Virus record (IMG/VR): IMGVR_UViG_3300034283_001314
DNA: 64,000 nucleotides
Origin: a virus
Taxonomy: Duplodnaviria > Heunggongvirae > Uroviricota > Caudoviricetes
Direction: 5' to 3' (one strand)
Positions 1 through 9,666 of the stretch are shown piece by piece. The notes beneath the pieces are model-generated. The model did no database searches. It saw only the letters and a program-made list of their open reading frames with translations, and was not told where the DNA came from. Made by a program: the position numbers and the translations under genes. The first letter of the stretch is position 1. Each line of letters opens with the position of its first letter.

Positions 1-813
1 AATTGTTTTGAAAATCATAAATTCGATTATGTGTTTCATTTAGCAGCGTATGCAGCAGAAGGATTATCTCCATTTATTCGTCAATACAATTACGAAAACA
101 ATTTAGTTGCAACTGCAAGAATAGTAAATCAATGTATTAAACATAATGTTAAAAGATTGGTATTTACATCTACATTAGCAGTATATGGACATGGTGAAGG
201 AGGAATATTTGATGAGAAGCAACAACAGGCGCCAATTGACCCGTATGGAGTAGCTAAGTATGGATGTGAGATGGATATTCAAATTGCAGGTGAACAACAT
301 GGTTTAGATTGGTGTATTATCCGTCCACACAATGTATATGGTAGAAATCAAAATATTTGGGATAAGTATCGTAATGTATTGGGTATTTGGATGTATCAAC
401 ATTTAAACGGATTACCAATGACAATATTTGGTGATGGTGAACAAACACGTGCATTTAGTTGTATTGATGATATTGTTGAACCATTATGGAAATCTGCTAT
501 ATTACCTACCGCATCTAAGGAAATTATTAATTTGGGAGGTGTAGAGGAATGGACAGTTAATAACGCATGTGAAACATTGAGAAGCGTAATTGGTGGTGGT
601 GAAGTTGTATACAAAGAGGGTAGACATGAAGTTAAACACGCTATTCCAACCTGGCAAAAATCTATTGATATATTAGGATTTGAACATAAAACCAATTTTG
701 AAGATGGTTTGAAGGATATGTGGGAATGGGCACAAAAACAACCTAAAAGAAACCAATTCGTTTGGGATACTTACGAATTAGATAATGGCATTTATTCATT
801 TTGGAAAAAATAA
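1..813 (+). CDS. NAD-dependent epimerase/dehydratase (extended SDR), 5'-truncated
   Basis: Frame is open from position 1 (NCFENHKFDYVFHLAA...). FTSTLAVYG, catalytic PYGVAK (YxxxK), IFGDGEQTRAFSCIDD. Confidence 0.85.
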   Translation, partial: NCFENHKFDYVFHLAAYAAEGLSPFIRQYNYENNLVATARIVNQCIKHNVKRLVFTSTLAVYGHGEGGIFDEKQQQAPIDPYGVAKYGCEMDIQIAGEQHGLDWCIIRPHNVYGRNQNIWDKYRNVLGIWMYQHLNGLPMTIFGDGEQTRAFSCIDDIVEPLWKSAILPTASKEIINLGGVEEWTVNNACETLRSVIGGGEVVYKEGRHEVKHAIPTWQKSIDILGFEHKTNFEDGLKDMWEWAQKQPKRNQFVWDTYELDNGIYSFWKK

Positions 814-818
814 AAAAT

Positions 819-1385
819 ATGATTACATTTTCAGAGTTCTACGATTCAATAGAACCAAAAAGTGACAAAGGAACATTACATGATTATATCAATGGATATT
901 ATTCAACAGAATTTACTGATGTTAGATTGAATAAACTTAATATAGTAGAAATTGGCGTTAGAAGAGGAGATTCTCTAAATTTATTGAGTAAATGGTTTAT
1001 TAATTCAACTATAACAGGTATTGATAATGGTAGTGAAATGAATAACAATGATTTAGAATTTGTAAGTAAAATACCAAATACAACTCTAATATTAGATACC
1101 GCATATTCAGATATTACTATTGATAAATTTGAAGATAATTCAATAGATTACTTAATAGATGATGGACCACATACGATTCAAACTCAAATAATTTCAATAC
1201 AAAAATGGTTAGAAAAAGTAAAAAAAGGTGGTACACTTATAATAGAAGATATACAAGATTGGGATAACGAAAAACAATTCTTTGATGAAATATGTAATTC
1301 ATTGGGAATATCTTACGAATGTATTGACTTGAGAAAAAATAAAAATAGATATGATGATGTTTTAATAATAATTAAAAAGTTATAA
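819..1385 (+). CDS. Class I SAM-dependent methyltransferase, likely sugar O-methyltransferase
   Basis: IVEIGVRRGDS motif I, IDYLIDDGPH, KKGGTLIIEDI. ATG 819 preferred to the TTG at 801. Confidence 0.75.
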   Translation: MITFSEFYDSIEPKSDKGTLHDYINGYYSTEFTDVRLNKLNIVEIGVRRGDSLNLLSKWFINSTITGIDNGSEMNNNDLEFVSKIPNTTLILDTAYSDITIDKFEDNSIDYLIDDGPHTIQTQIISIQKWLEKVKKGGTLIIEDIQDWDNEKQFFDEICNSLGISYECIDLRKNKNRYDDVLIIIKKL

Positions 1386-1388
1386 TAA

Positions 1389-2126
1389 ATGATTAAAAAT
1401 TTAGTATATTATTGTTATTTTGAAAATTCGGAAATAAACGAATTTGCAAATTATAATATCACCTTAATAAATAAATATTTACCACTATTTAATGGACAGC
1501 GAATTATTAAAATTGCAGTAGATGATTTATCAAGGGATAATTCACATTTAATTAATTTATTTCCTAATTGTGAAATTGAATTAGTACAAAATAATACAGA
1601 AACTAGAGAATCTGAATATTTTATACAATCCTTAAAGGAAATTAAAAACAAAAATTCACTTACATTTTTTGCACATAATAAAGGAAGTAAAAATGGTGGT
1701 GCTGGAAATAATGTAGTAAAGGTTTGGTTATTATCAATGTATTTTTTTAATTTAGAAGAACGCTATTTATCTAATATTGAATATAATTTAACAAATGATA
1801 AAACATTTAGTGGTATAATGCAAATAACTGTGCCATGTCCTCCTTGGGTTACAACTAATTGGCATTATAGTGGAACATTTTTTTGGTTTAACACAGAAAA
1901 ATTATTTAGTATAGCTGGATGGGATAGTTTTGAAAAAGGAAGATTTTCAGTAGAAGGTTATCCTGGAAAAATGGTAGATGTATCTAATTCACATGTTACA
2001 TTATGTAGTGAAAATTATAATTGGAATTCATATCAACCGATGATATGGAATAAATATCTAAATGAAACAACATTAGAAGCAATTCAATATACCCAATATT
2101 GGGAATTATATAATCAAATATTTTAA
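1389..2126 (+). CDS. Hypothetical protein, possibly glycan-related
   Basis: FAHNKGS and WHYSGTFFWF motifs; lies between a methyltransferase and a GT2. Confidence 0.5.
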   Translation: MIKNLVYYCYFENSEINEFANYNITLINKYLPLFNGQRIIKIAVDDLSRDNSHLINLFPNCEIELVQNNTETRESEYFIQSLKEIKNKNSLTFFAHNKGSKNGGAGNNVVKVWLLSMYFFNLEERYLSNIEYNLTNDKTFSGIMQITVPCPPWVTTNWHYSGTFFWFNTEKLFSIAGWDSFEKGRFSVEGYPGKMVDVSNSHVTLCSENYNWNSYQPMIWNKYLNETTLEAIQYTQYWELYNQIF

Positions 2127-2127
2127 A

Positions 2128-2763
2128 ATGTATTCAGTTATTATACCTACAATGTGGAAATGCAATAGATTCCAACAAACACTTAGAGAATTAAGTGCAC
2201 ATGAATTAGTTGGGGAAATTATCCTAATAGATAATACACCAAATGATTTAAAAATAGAATTACCAAAATTAATTCATATATTAGAAGGAAAAAATACATA
2301 TGTTACTGCACCGTGGAATAAAGGAGCTAAACTGGCAAAATATGATAAACTTTTAATTTTAAATGATGATATTTGGATGGATTGGAACATATTAAACATA
2401 CTAGAACCACATATTACAGAACAAATCGGCTTAATTGGATTAGAGGAAACTGAATACAATATTGAACATTCAAACGATGCGTTTGGATTAGAACCAATTG
2501 AAAGAAGGAATGGTGGATGGGGATGCGCAATATTTGTTCATAAAGAAAACTATACCCCAATACCAGAAGAAATGAAAGTATGGGGACAAGATGATTGGTT
2601 ATTTGTAAAAGCTAGAAATAGAAGAAAACAAAATTATAAATTAGTAGGATATACTATTTATGGTGAATTATCAGTAACTAATAATATTTTGGATGCTGAT
2701 CCTGAAATTCATTTAATAAGAGAAAACGATTTAAGATTAAAACAACAATATAATTTATTTTAG
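2128..2763 (+). CDS. Glycosyltransferase family 2 (GT-A)
   Basis: SVIIPTMW, IILIDN, PWNKGAK, LILNDDI (DxD-like), WGQDDW. Confidence 0.8.
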   Translation: MYSVIIPTMWKCNRFQQTLRELSAHELVGEIILIDNTPNDLKIELPKLIHILEGKNTYVTAPWNKGAKLAKYDKLLILNDDIWMDWNILNILEPHITEQIGLIGLEETEYNIEHSNDAFGLEPIERRNGGWGCAIFVHKENYTPIPEEMKVWGQDDWLFVKARNRRKQNYKLVGYTIYGELSVTNNILDADPEIHLIRENDLRLKQQYNLF

Positions 2764-2765
2764 TT

Positions 2766-3416
2766 ATGTACTTACAAACACCTTACAAAATTAGTTACGA
2801 TACCACAAAGTATCCATTTAGAAACATAGTCTCGGATATGTTAGAACTTACAGAAGAATTTCCGTTAGAAGATTTACATATATTAGAACACTATGATTTA
2901 TTAGTTAGAGAAAAGGATCAATCTACGATTTGGCATAAAAGATATTACGACAAATATAAAACGGAATTTTTACCAACCTATTTAGAATTAATTAAAGAAC
3001 TTAAAGAAAGGTTTGGTTATGATGAAATTATTTATCAGAATATTCCAACATTTAGAGTTCAATTAGCAGAAGGTAATTTGGGAGTTGGTGAATGGCATAA
3101 AGATAGCACTTATAATCATGGAACATCAGAAGTAAATTTTTGGATACCATTTGTAAATACCAATGAACAAAATACTATATGGATGGAAAGTAAAGAGGAT
3201 AAAGGTGATTACAGACCATATAAAGTAAACTATGGTGAAATATTGGTATTTAGTGGTGCTAATTTATATCATGGTAATAAAAACAATGATAGTAACCAAA
3301 CTAGAGTATCAGTTGATTTTCGTTTAGTAGACCCGGTTAAATTTATACCAAACGAAGCAGGTTCAATTAATATGAAAGCAAAATTTGATGTTGGTGGATA
3401 TTTTGAAAAATTATAA
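2766..3416 (+). CDS. Fe(II)/2OG dioxygenase-like protein (PhyH/StrG-like)
   Basis: EWHKD (HxD), NFWIPF, LYHGN...TRVSVDFR. Confidence 0.65.
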   Translation: MYLQTPYKISYDTTKYPFRNIVSDMLELTEEFPLEDLHILEHYDLLVREKDQSTIWHKRYYDKYKTEFLPTYLELIKELKERFGYDEIIYQNIPTFRVQLAEGNLGVGEWHKDSTYNHGTSEVNFWIPFVNTNEQNTIWMESKEDKGDYRPYKVNYGEILVFSGANLYHGNKNNDSNQTRVSVDFRLVDPVKFIPNEAGSINMKAKFDVGGYFEKL

Positions 3417-3424
3417 TTATTAGT

Positions 3425-3748
3425 ATGGTAACCGTATCCGAAACAGCAGCTAAAAAACTAAACTCACTAATTGAAGAAAGTGGGTTCAAAACTCCCTTTG
3501 TTAGAGTTGCAGTTAAAGGTGGTGGATGTAGTGGATTATCATACGACCTTTCATTTGATACTGAACAACATCCTTCGGACACTCTCGCCGAAAATAATGG
3601 AATAAAAATTTTAATAGATAATAAATCGTTACTATATCTTTTTGGTACTGAATTGGATTTTTCAGATGGATTGAACGGTAAAGGGTTTCAGTTTATCAAT
3701 CCTAATGCATCCCGTACTTGTGGGTGTGGTGAATCATTTGCATTATAA
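3425..3748 (+). CDS. iscA: Fe-S cluster assembly A-type carrier (HesB/IscA family)
   Basis: GGGCSGLSY and RTCGCGESF with the three conserved Cys. Confidence 0.95.
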   Translation: MVTVSETAAKKLNSLIEESGFKTPFVRVAVKGGGCSGLSYDLSFDTEQHPSDTLAENNGIKILIDNKSLLYLFGTELDFSDGLNGKGFQFINPNASRTCGCGESFAL

Positions 3749-3761
3749 ATTCTTAGTATTA

Positions 3762-3793
3762 TTTGGAAATATACTTAATAAAGTGTATATTTG
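3762..3793 (+). promoter_or_regulatory. Bacteroidota-type housekeeping sigma promoter (-33 TTTG / -7 TAnnTTTG)
   Basis: TTTG at 3762-3765, 20 nt spacer, TATATTTG at 3786-3793; intergenic, upstream of def. Confidence 0.7.
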
Positions 3794-3811
3794 AATAATA
3801 AACATTTACAT

Positions 3812-4429
3812 ATGATAAAATTAGTAACAGACAGTTCGGTGTTAAGAAAACCAATATCACCAACAACATTTACAAAAGAAGAACAAGATTTGGCAACCGC
3901 TGCATTATTAACCGCAGTTACTCAACATCAAGGATTGGGTATGAGTGCAAATCAAATTGGTTTAAATAAAAGAATTTGTGTAATCAATGTTAAAGAACAA
4001 CCTTTAGTATTGGTTAATCCTCAAATATTAGATGAGGGACAAGAAAAGTTAATTTATTTTGAAGGTTGTTTATCTTTACCTAAAACAATGAAAAAACCTA
4101 TTAAGACAGTTCGTTCTTATAATGTTAAAGTTAAAGCAGATAATTTTCCTGATGTATTAGAATTTGGTACTGAGGAAAGAAATCATCAAGATATTAATTC
4201 ATTATTTAGTGATATTAATTTATTAGAATCAGTTTGTGTTCAACATGAAATTGACCATTTGAATGGATTGACAATTAGAGATAGACAATATACTGAAACT
4301 GTTAGATTAACTTCGTTTGGAAAATTAGGAAGAAATGAAAAACTTTTATTAAAAAAAGGTGAAGAAACTCTTTCAGTTAAGAAAAAGAATTTATCAACTT
4401 ACTTAGAGCAAGGATGGGAGGTAGCATAA
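3812..4429 (+). CDS. def: Peptide deformylase
   Basis: GLGMSANQIG, EGCLS and QHEIDHLNG motifs. ATG 3812 lies downstream of the promoter. Confidence 0.95.
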   Translation: MIKLVTDSSVLRKPISPTTFTKEEQDLATAALLTAVTQHQGLGMSANQIGLNKRICVINVKEQPLVLVNPQILDEGQEKLIYFEGCLSLPKTMKKPIKTVRSYNVKVKADNFPDVLEFGTEERNHQDINSLFSDINLLESVCVQHEIDHLNGLTIRDRQYTETVRLTSFGKLGRNEKLLLKKGEETLSVKKKNLSTYLEQGWEVA

Positions 4430-4431
4430 TT

Positions 4432-4686
4432 ATGGAATATGTAATAATAATATTAACACTATTCATTACTGCATTGGGATATGCATGTTGGAATCTTTTA
4501 AGAAAATTAGAAAAGTTAGAAGAAGTATTAGAACAAAACACAGATAGTTACATTCAAATTTATAATGTGATGAAAGAAATAGATTCTACTGGTGCATTTG
4601 AAAGTGATGATGAAGTGGGTTCTACCTTTAGTGATTTAAAAAATCTAATTGATAGAAATAAAAACGTATTAAACGGAAAATCATAA
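4432..4686 (+). CDS. Small membrane-anchored coiled-coil protein
   Basis: N-terminal hydrophobic helix YVIIILTLFITALGYACW, then heptad-like region. Confidence 0.55.
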   Translation: MEYVIIILTLFITALGYACWNLLRKLEKLEEVLEQNTDSYIQIYNVMKEIDSTGAFESDDEVGSTFSDLKNLIDRNKNVLNGKS

Positions 4687-5414
4687 TGGGAAGAAAGAAA
4701 AAAGATACCAGATACTTTACTGAAGAAACTGAAGCCGCTATTATAGCATTTAATAAAACAACTGATCAGAAGGAACGTAATGTATTGTATAGAGATTACA
4801 TACACTATTCGTTTTATAAATTAGCAGAGAATGTTTTAAATACATGGGGATTTACTTATTTTGATGATGATAAAGAAGATATTAAATTTGAAGTTATTTC
4901 TTTCTTATTAGAAAAAATACATAAGTTTGAAGAAGGTAAAGGTAAGGCATTTAGTTATTTTACGATAGCAGCTCGTAACTACCTTATTCTTAATAACAAC
5001 GCCAACTACAAACGTTTCAAAGCAACATCACAATTAAGTACAATGCCAGAACATTGGGATTTAGAAAATGATTTTAAACAAGAAGCACATAATGATGAAT
5101 TCAAAACATTTAATATTAGAATGTTAGAATATTGGGATTTAAATCTTAATAAGGAGTTTACTAAAAAAAGAGATATACAAATTGCAGATGCAGTATTAGA
5201 ATTATTTAGAAGAGCAGAATATATTGAGTCATTTAATAAAAAATCTTTATACTTATTGGTTCGAGAAATGACTGGTTATAAAACACATTATATAACTAAA
5301 GTTGTTTCTAAAATGAAAGAAACTCAAATGAAATTGTATTATCAATTTTTAGATGAGGGAGATATTACACAAGAATCAAAAGACCCATTTTGGAAGAGAA
5401 CAATAACGAGATGA
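4686..5414 (+). CDS. Phage sigma-70-like factor, probable late-transcription sigma (T4 gp55-like)
   Basis: Region-2-like EDIKFEVISFLLEKIHKFEEGKGKAFSYFTIAARNYLI resembles the gp55 FxxxK..NPFAYFT segment. Confidence 0.65.
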   Translation: MGRKKKDTRYFTEETEAAIIAFNKTTDQKERNVLYRDYIHYSFYKLAENVLNTWGFTYFDDDKEDIKFEVISFLLEKIHKFEEGKGKAFSYFTIAARNYLILNNNANYKRFKATSQLSTMPEHWDLENDFKQEAHNDEFKTFNIRMLEYWDLNLNKEFTKKRDIQIADAVLELFRRAEYIESFNKKSLYLLVREMTGYKTHYITKVVSKMKETQMKLYYQFLDEGDITQESKDPFWKRTITR

Positions 5415-7105
5415 GAATATTAGGAATATCAGCGTTTTATCACGACTCAGCAGCTGCATTAATTGTAGATGGCAAAGTTGTATCGGCACAAGAAGAAGAA
5501 CGATTTACAGGTATAAAACACGATCAGAGATTTCCTATCAGTTCCATTAAGTGGATTCTAAAACAAAATAAATTAAAGATTAACCAAATAGATAAAATTG
5601 TTTGGTATGAAGATCCTAAAAAGAAGTTTGAGAGATTTAAAGAACAATGGCATAAATATTTTCCAAAAACATTAGGATTAACTAAGAAATTAATATGTTG
5701 GAAATCTAATAATAATATTGAAGAAATCATTAGAGAACAATTAGGATATAAAGGTTCTATTGAATATGTAGAACATCATATTTCACATTTAGCATATTCA
5801 TTTTATACATCACCATTTAATGAAGCACATTTGTTTTCCGTAGATGGTGTTGGTGAAAATGAAACGGCTATATTAGGATTGGGTATTAAGGGTAGATATA
5901 TTCAACCATTAGAAAGAACACATTTTCCACATTCATTGGGATTACTTTACGCTACAATTACTGCATTCTTAGGATTCAAACCAAATAGTGGTGAATATAA
6001 AGTAATGGGATTGGCAGCATATGGTAGTGATAAGGATGTGTATAGAGAACAATTTGAAAAATTAGCAAAACTAAATGGTAATAATTTAGAATTAGATTTA
6101 AAATATTTTGCATTTCATTATTCTGAAAAGAAAATGTTTACTTTTAAAATGAGTGAACTATTTGGTATTACTCCTCGTATTCCAGAAAGTGAATTAGAAC
6201 AAATACATAAAGATATTGCATTTTCATTACAGGCACATTACGAAAGATTATTTTTCAAAATGTTAAACAACTTCCATACACACTATCCTATGGATAATTT
6301 ATGTTTAAGTGGTGGATGTGCTTATAATGGATTGGCCAATGGTAAGATAACATTAAACACTCCATATAAGAATGTTTATGTACCACCGGCTCCATCAGAT
6401 GCAGGTAGTGCTATTGGTGCTGCTTTATTGGTGTGGATGAAACAACCCCTAAACAAAAGAGTAGAAAATACAAACCCATATTTAGGACCATCATACACTC
6501 ATGCGGATTATTTAAATGTTATTAGACAGTATGTTCCTATGGATAAGGTGAAACATATGACTACACCAATTGTATTGACTAAAGAGGTTGCTAAGTTGAT
6601 TAATGGGGGTGCAATTATAGGTTGGTTTAAAGGTAGTAGTGAATTTGGACAAAGAGCATTAGGACATCGTTCTATACTAGCTAATCCAACAATTCCAGAT
6701 ATTAAACCTAAAGTAAATAGAGTTATCAAAAAGAGGGAAGGATTTAGACCGTTTGCACCAATGGTAATTGCAGATGAGGCTAATAACTACTTTGAAATGT
6801 TAGGACAAGAAGTTCCTTATATGAACCAGGTATTTAAAGTTAAAGATGGTTTTATTGCAGGTTTACCATCTATTACTCACGCCGATGGAACAGCAAGAGT
6901 ACAAACCGTTACAAGAGAATTTAATACAGACATATATTTTTTACTTAAGGAATTTAAAAAATTAAGTGGATATCCTATCTTACTTAATACCTCATTTAAT
7001 TTAAGAGGTCAAACAATGGTATTAGACCCCGAAACTGCTATTAAAACATTTTACGATTGTGAAATGGATTACTTAGTATTGGGCAGTTATATCATTAGTA
7101 AGTAA
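5411..7105 (+). CDS. O-carbamoyltransferase (NodU/CmcH/TobZ family)
   Basis: ILGISAFYHDSAAAL, QEEERF, EHHISH, DGVGE, SGEYKVMGLAAYG, LSGGCAYN, EFGQRALGHRSIL, REGFRPFAP, LLNTSFN. ATGA overlap with the previous stop. Confidence 0.95.
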   Translation: MRILGISAFYHDSAAALIVDGKVVSAQEEERFTGIKHDQRFPISSIKWILKQNKLKINQIDKIVWYEDPKKKFERFKEQWHKYFPKTLGLTKKLICWKSNNNIEEIIREQLGYKGSIEYVEHHISHLAYSFYTSPFNEAHLFSVDGVGENETAILGLGIKGRYIQPLERTHFPHSLGLLYATITAFLGFKPNSGEYKVMGLAAYGSDKDVYREQFEKLAKLNGNNLELDLKYFAFHYSEKKMFTFKMSELFGITPRIPESELEQIHKDIAFSLQAHYERLFFKMLNNFHTHYPMDNLCLSGGCAYNGLANGKITLNTPYKNVYVPPAPSDAGSAIGAALLVWMKQPLNKRVENTNPYLGPSYTHADYLNVIRQYVPMDKVKHMTTPIVLTKEVAKLINGGAIIGWFKGSSEFGQRALGHRSILANPTIPDIKPKVNRVIKKREGFRPFAPMVIADEANNYFEMLGQEVPYMNQVFKVKDGFIAGLPSITHADGTARVQTVTREFNTDIYFLLKEFKKLSGYPILLNTSFNLRGQTMVLDPETAIKTFYDCEMDYLVLGSYIISK

Positions 7106-7120
7106 GTTTTTAATTACACA

Positions 7121-7129
7121 ATATTTATA
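7121..7129 (+). promoter_or_regulatory. Putative late promoter ATATTTATA
   Basis: Intergenic, 10 nt before ATG 7140; one of 9 exact copies found just upstream of gene starts. Confidence 0.6.
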
Positions 7130-7139
7130 AAAAAGATTT

Positions 7140-7559
7140 ATGGCAAATGTAGACATGAATTTTCCTTTATTTAAGGGAAAAACATTTAGTGATTTGTTGG
7201 GAGATATTTACGAAAACCAACAAAGTAAAAAGAAAAACATTTCAGGTCTTATTGAAGAAATGAGAAAATTGGTAACTAAACCATCCGATGTAATCACAAT
7301 CGGCCCTATCATTACACAATTGATAGAAGCAAGTATTAGTAACGATGACCATTTGATTAAGATTGCAAATATAGCACAAAAATTAGTATTAGCAAATACA
7401 AAGAAAGCCGGTGATGAAGGTTGGTTAAGTGAAGATGATAAAAAGGCATTATTGGAGGAAATGGATGTAGTTGCAAAAGAAATCACACAAAGTACAGATG
7501 ATAAGATTGAAGATTTAGAATTTGAAATTGAATCATTAAAAGAAACATTGGGTAAATAA
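7140..7559 (+). CDS. Hypothetical helical protein (late)
   Basis: 139 aa, helical, acidic C-terminus; first gene after the late-type motif. Confidence 0.6.
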   Translation: MANVDMNFPLFKGKTFSDLLGDIYENQQSKKKNISGLIEEMRKLVTKPSDVITIGPIITQLIEASISNDDHLIKIANIAQKLVLANTKKAGDEGWLSEDDKKALLEEMDVVAKEITQSTDDKIEDLEFEIESLKETLGK

Positions 7560-7560
7560 A

Positions 7561-8874
7561 ATGGCACAAAATTTCTTTTCATCCAAACAAGCCACAACAC
7601 AGATAGCAACATCTGGTGCAGGGATTTCTTTTGATTTAGCATTAGTTAATAATGTTATTTTGGATATGGCTGATATTAAAGATTCATTAGATATACATCA
7701 CACTTTATATCCTGAATTAAATAAAGATACGGATTATGTTGAAAAGAATACATTAAAATATGGTTCAATTCGTTATAGATTACTAGGAATTGGTAGTGAA
7801 GTAAATGATGCAGATTTACCGATAGCATACCCATTATCACGTGAAGATTTTGCATTACCTGTTACTGATGAAATTGTAAAAATATATACAATTTTAGGTT
7901 TAGATTATTATGAAAGAATTAATATAGAAAACTCACCTAATTTTAATACCGACCTTAGAGTTTTTATAGCAGCAAGTAAAACAACACCGGAAAATTCTCA
8001 AAAGGGAAGTAAATTAGAGAATTATCAAGAATCACAATCATCCGGTATAACATCACAAACTGATAGTACAGCTGGTACGGTTGAGAGTATTAGAAGTGGA
8101 TTTAATGGTAAATATTTTAAAAGAAATATGAAAATACATCAATTATCACTAAACGAAGGTGATAAATTGATTCAAGGTAGATTTGGTAATAGTATTAGAT
8201 TTAGTGGATATATTCATTCAGATAAAACAAACGGAACTGCTTATCCAGCTATTTTAATTAGAAATGGTGAAAGTTCAGAAAACCAAAAGAAAAAAGTATA
8301 CGATATTGTAAGTGAGGATATTAATGGTGATGGAACTTCAATTCAAATTACATCAGGACCCTATAAAACATTATACACATCTACAATAAATGTTAAAAAA
8401 GAAGCAAATGATAACTATCCAAGTTCAGATAACTTAATTGGTGATCAGTTGGTGGCAAATAGTGGTAGGGTAATCTTATCTTCAAAAACAGCTGAAACTT
8501 TTTTGTTTAGTAAGAAAAGATTTAGTATATTTACGGATGATAATGTTACAATCGATAGTGAAACTGGATTTAAACTAATTTCACAAAGAGGTGATATATC
8601 ATTAAGAGCAAAAGGAAATAAAAATATTATATTAGAAGTAAATAGTGGTGCTAAAGTGTATCATGGTTCTCCAAATGCAAAAGAGCAAGCTATTTTAGGT
8701 AATAAATTAGTAGATTTAATAAGTCAATTAATAGATGTTATGACAAACGTTCAATATCAAACATATATAGGTCCTACTATTGCAAGTAGTATTTTACCTC
8801 AATATAGAACACAATTAACTACTATTAAAACACAATTAAAATCAACTCTTTCTAAAAATAATTACTTAATCTAA
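7561..8874 (+). CDS. Baseplate hub/central spike protein (gp5/gpV-like)
   Basis: NEGDKLIQGRFGNSIRF and C-terminal EQAILGNKLVDLISQLID; upstream of gp25/gp6-like genes. Confidence 0.55.
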   Translation: MAQNFFSSKQATTQIATSGAGISFDLALVNNVILDMADIKDSLDIHHTLYPELNKDTDYVEKNTLKYGSIRYRLLGIGSEVNDADLPIAYPLSREDFALPVTDEIVKIYTILGLDYYERINIENSPNFNTDLRVFIAASKTTPENSQKGSKLENYQESQSSGITSQTDSTAGTVESIRSGFNGKYFKRNMKIHQLSLNEGDKLIQGRFGNSIRFSGYIHSDKTNGTAYPAILIRNGESSENQKKKVYDIVSEDINGDGTSIQITSGPYKTLYTSTINVKKEANDNYPSSDNLIGDQLVANSGRVILSSKTAETFLFSKKRFSIFTDDNVTIDSETGFKLISQRGDISLRAKGNKNIILEVNSGAKVYHGSPNAKEQAILGNKLVDLISQLIDVMTNVQYQTYIGPTIASSILPQYRTQLTTIKTQLKSTLSKNNYLI

Positions 8875-9629
8875 TGTCTTGGAAACAATTTGAAAAAGAG
8901 GTTGCAGAGCAGATGGAAATTGGATTTAAAAGTCCTGATGATTTTGCTAGATTTTTTACAGATAAATACGATGAATGTGTAAAACGAGGTGTAGATTTTA
9001 TTACATTAAATCCGGTTAGTAAAGGCAATAAAGAGTTGATGTATTCTATGATACAAATTGCAAACTTAACATCAGCAGCTGCTTTAACTCCTTCACTATA
9101 TGATTTGTATTTTAATATGTTAGGTGATGCGGTTGTGGGATATTGGAGTGGGGCAACATCACAAAAAATATTCATTCCACTAATACCAGCAACCGGTACG
9201 TTTGTTAATATAGGTGTTAAAGACAATATTGTAACATTTCCTGGTACATGGCCTAAGGCAAAGGTAAGACCGATGAAAAATGTTAGAGTATTTTTAAAAA
9301 CATTTACATCATTTGCAAGAATGCATTTGATAACAATTAAAGGGTTATGTACAACCGTTTCATTATATCCACCTCTACCTGGTATTGTGGGTGATGGGGT
9401 TATACAATGGACTGGGTATAAAGTAGTAGAGCCTAAAAAGCGATATATTGCAGATGTATCGGATGTATATGAAATTCCTAATGAAACAAGTACTATTTTA
9501 CATACCTTTGAAAAAGGATTGGAAGTAGATACACAAAAAATAAATGATATTTGGGTATATGCAAAAGATATCAATAATAGAGGTGGGTTTGTTAAAAAAG
9601 AATTTATAACTAATAAAACCCCAAATTAG
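8874..9629 (+). CDS. Hypothetical virion/baseplate-region protein
   Basis: Coupled ORF (TAATG overlap) in the baseplate operon. Confidence 0.5.
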   Translation: MSWKQFEKEVAEQMEIGFKSPDDFARFFTDKYDECVKRGVDFITLNPVSKGNKELMYSMIQIANLTSAAALTPSLYDLYFNMLGDAVVGYWSGATSQKIFIPLIPATGTFVNIGVKDNIVTFPGTWPKAKVRPMKNVRVFLKTFTSFARMHLITIKGLCTTVSLYPPLPGIVGDGVIQWTGYKVVEPKKRYIADVSDVYEIPNETSTILHTFEKGLEVDTQKINDIWVYAKDINNRGGFVKKEFITNKTPN

Positions 9630-9639
9630 TAAAAAAACA

Positions 9640-9648
9640 ATAATTATA
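9640..9648 (+). promoter_or_regulatory. Putative late promoter variant ATAATTATA
   Basis: One mismatch to ATATTTATA; intergenic, 18 nt before ATG 9667. Confidence 0.4.
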
Positions 9649-9666
9649 TATAGTAAATTACAATTT

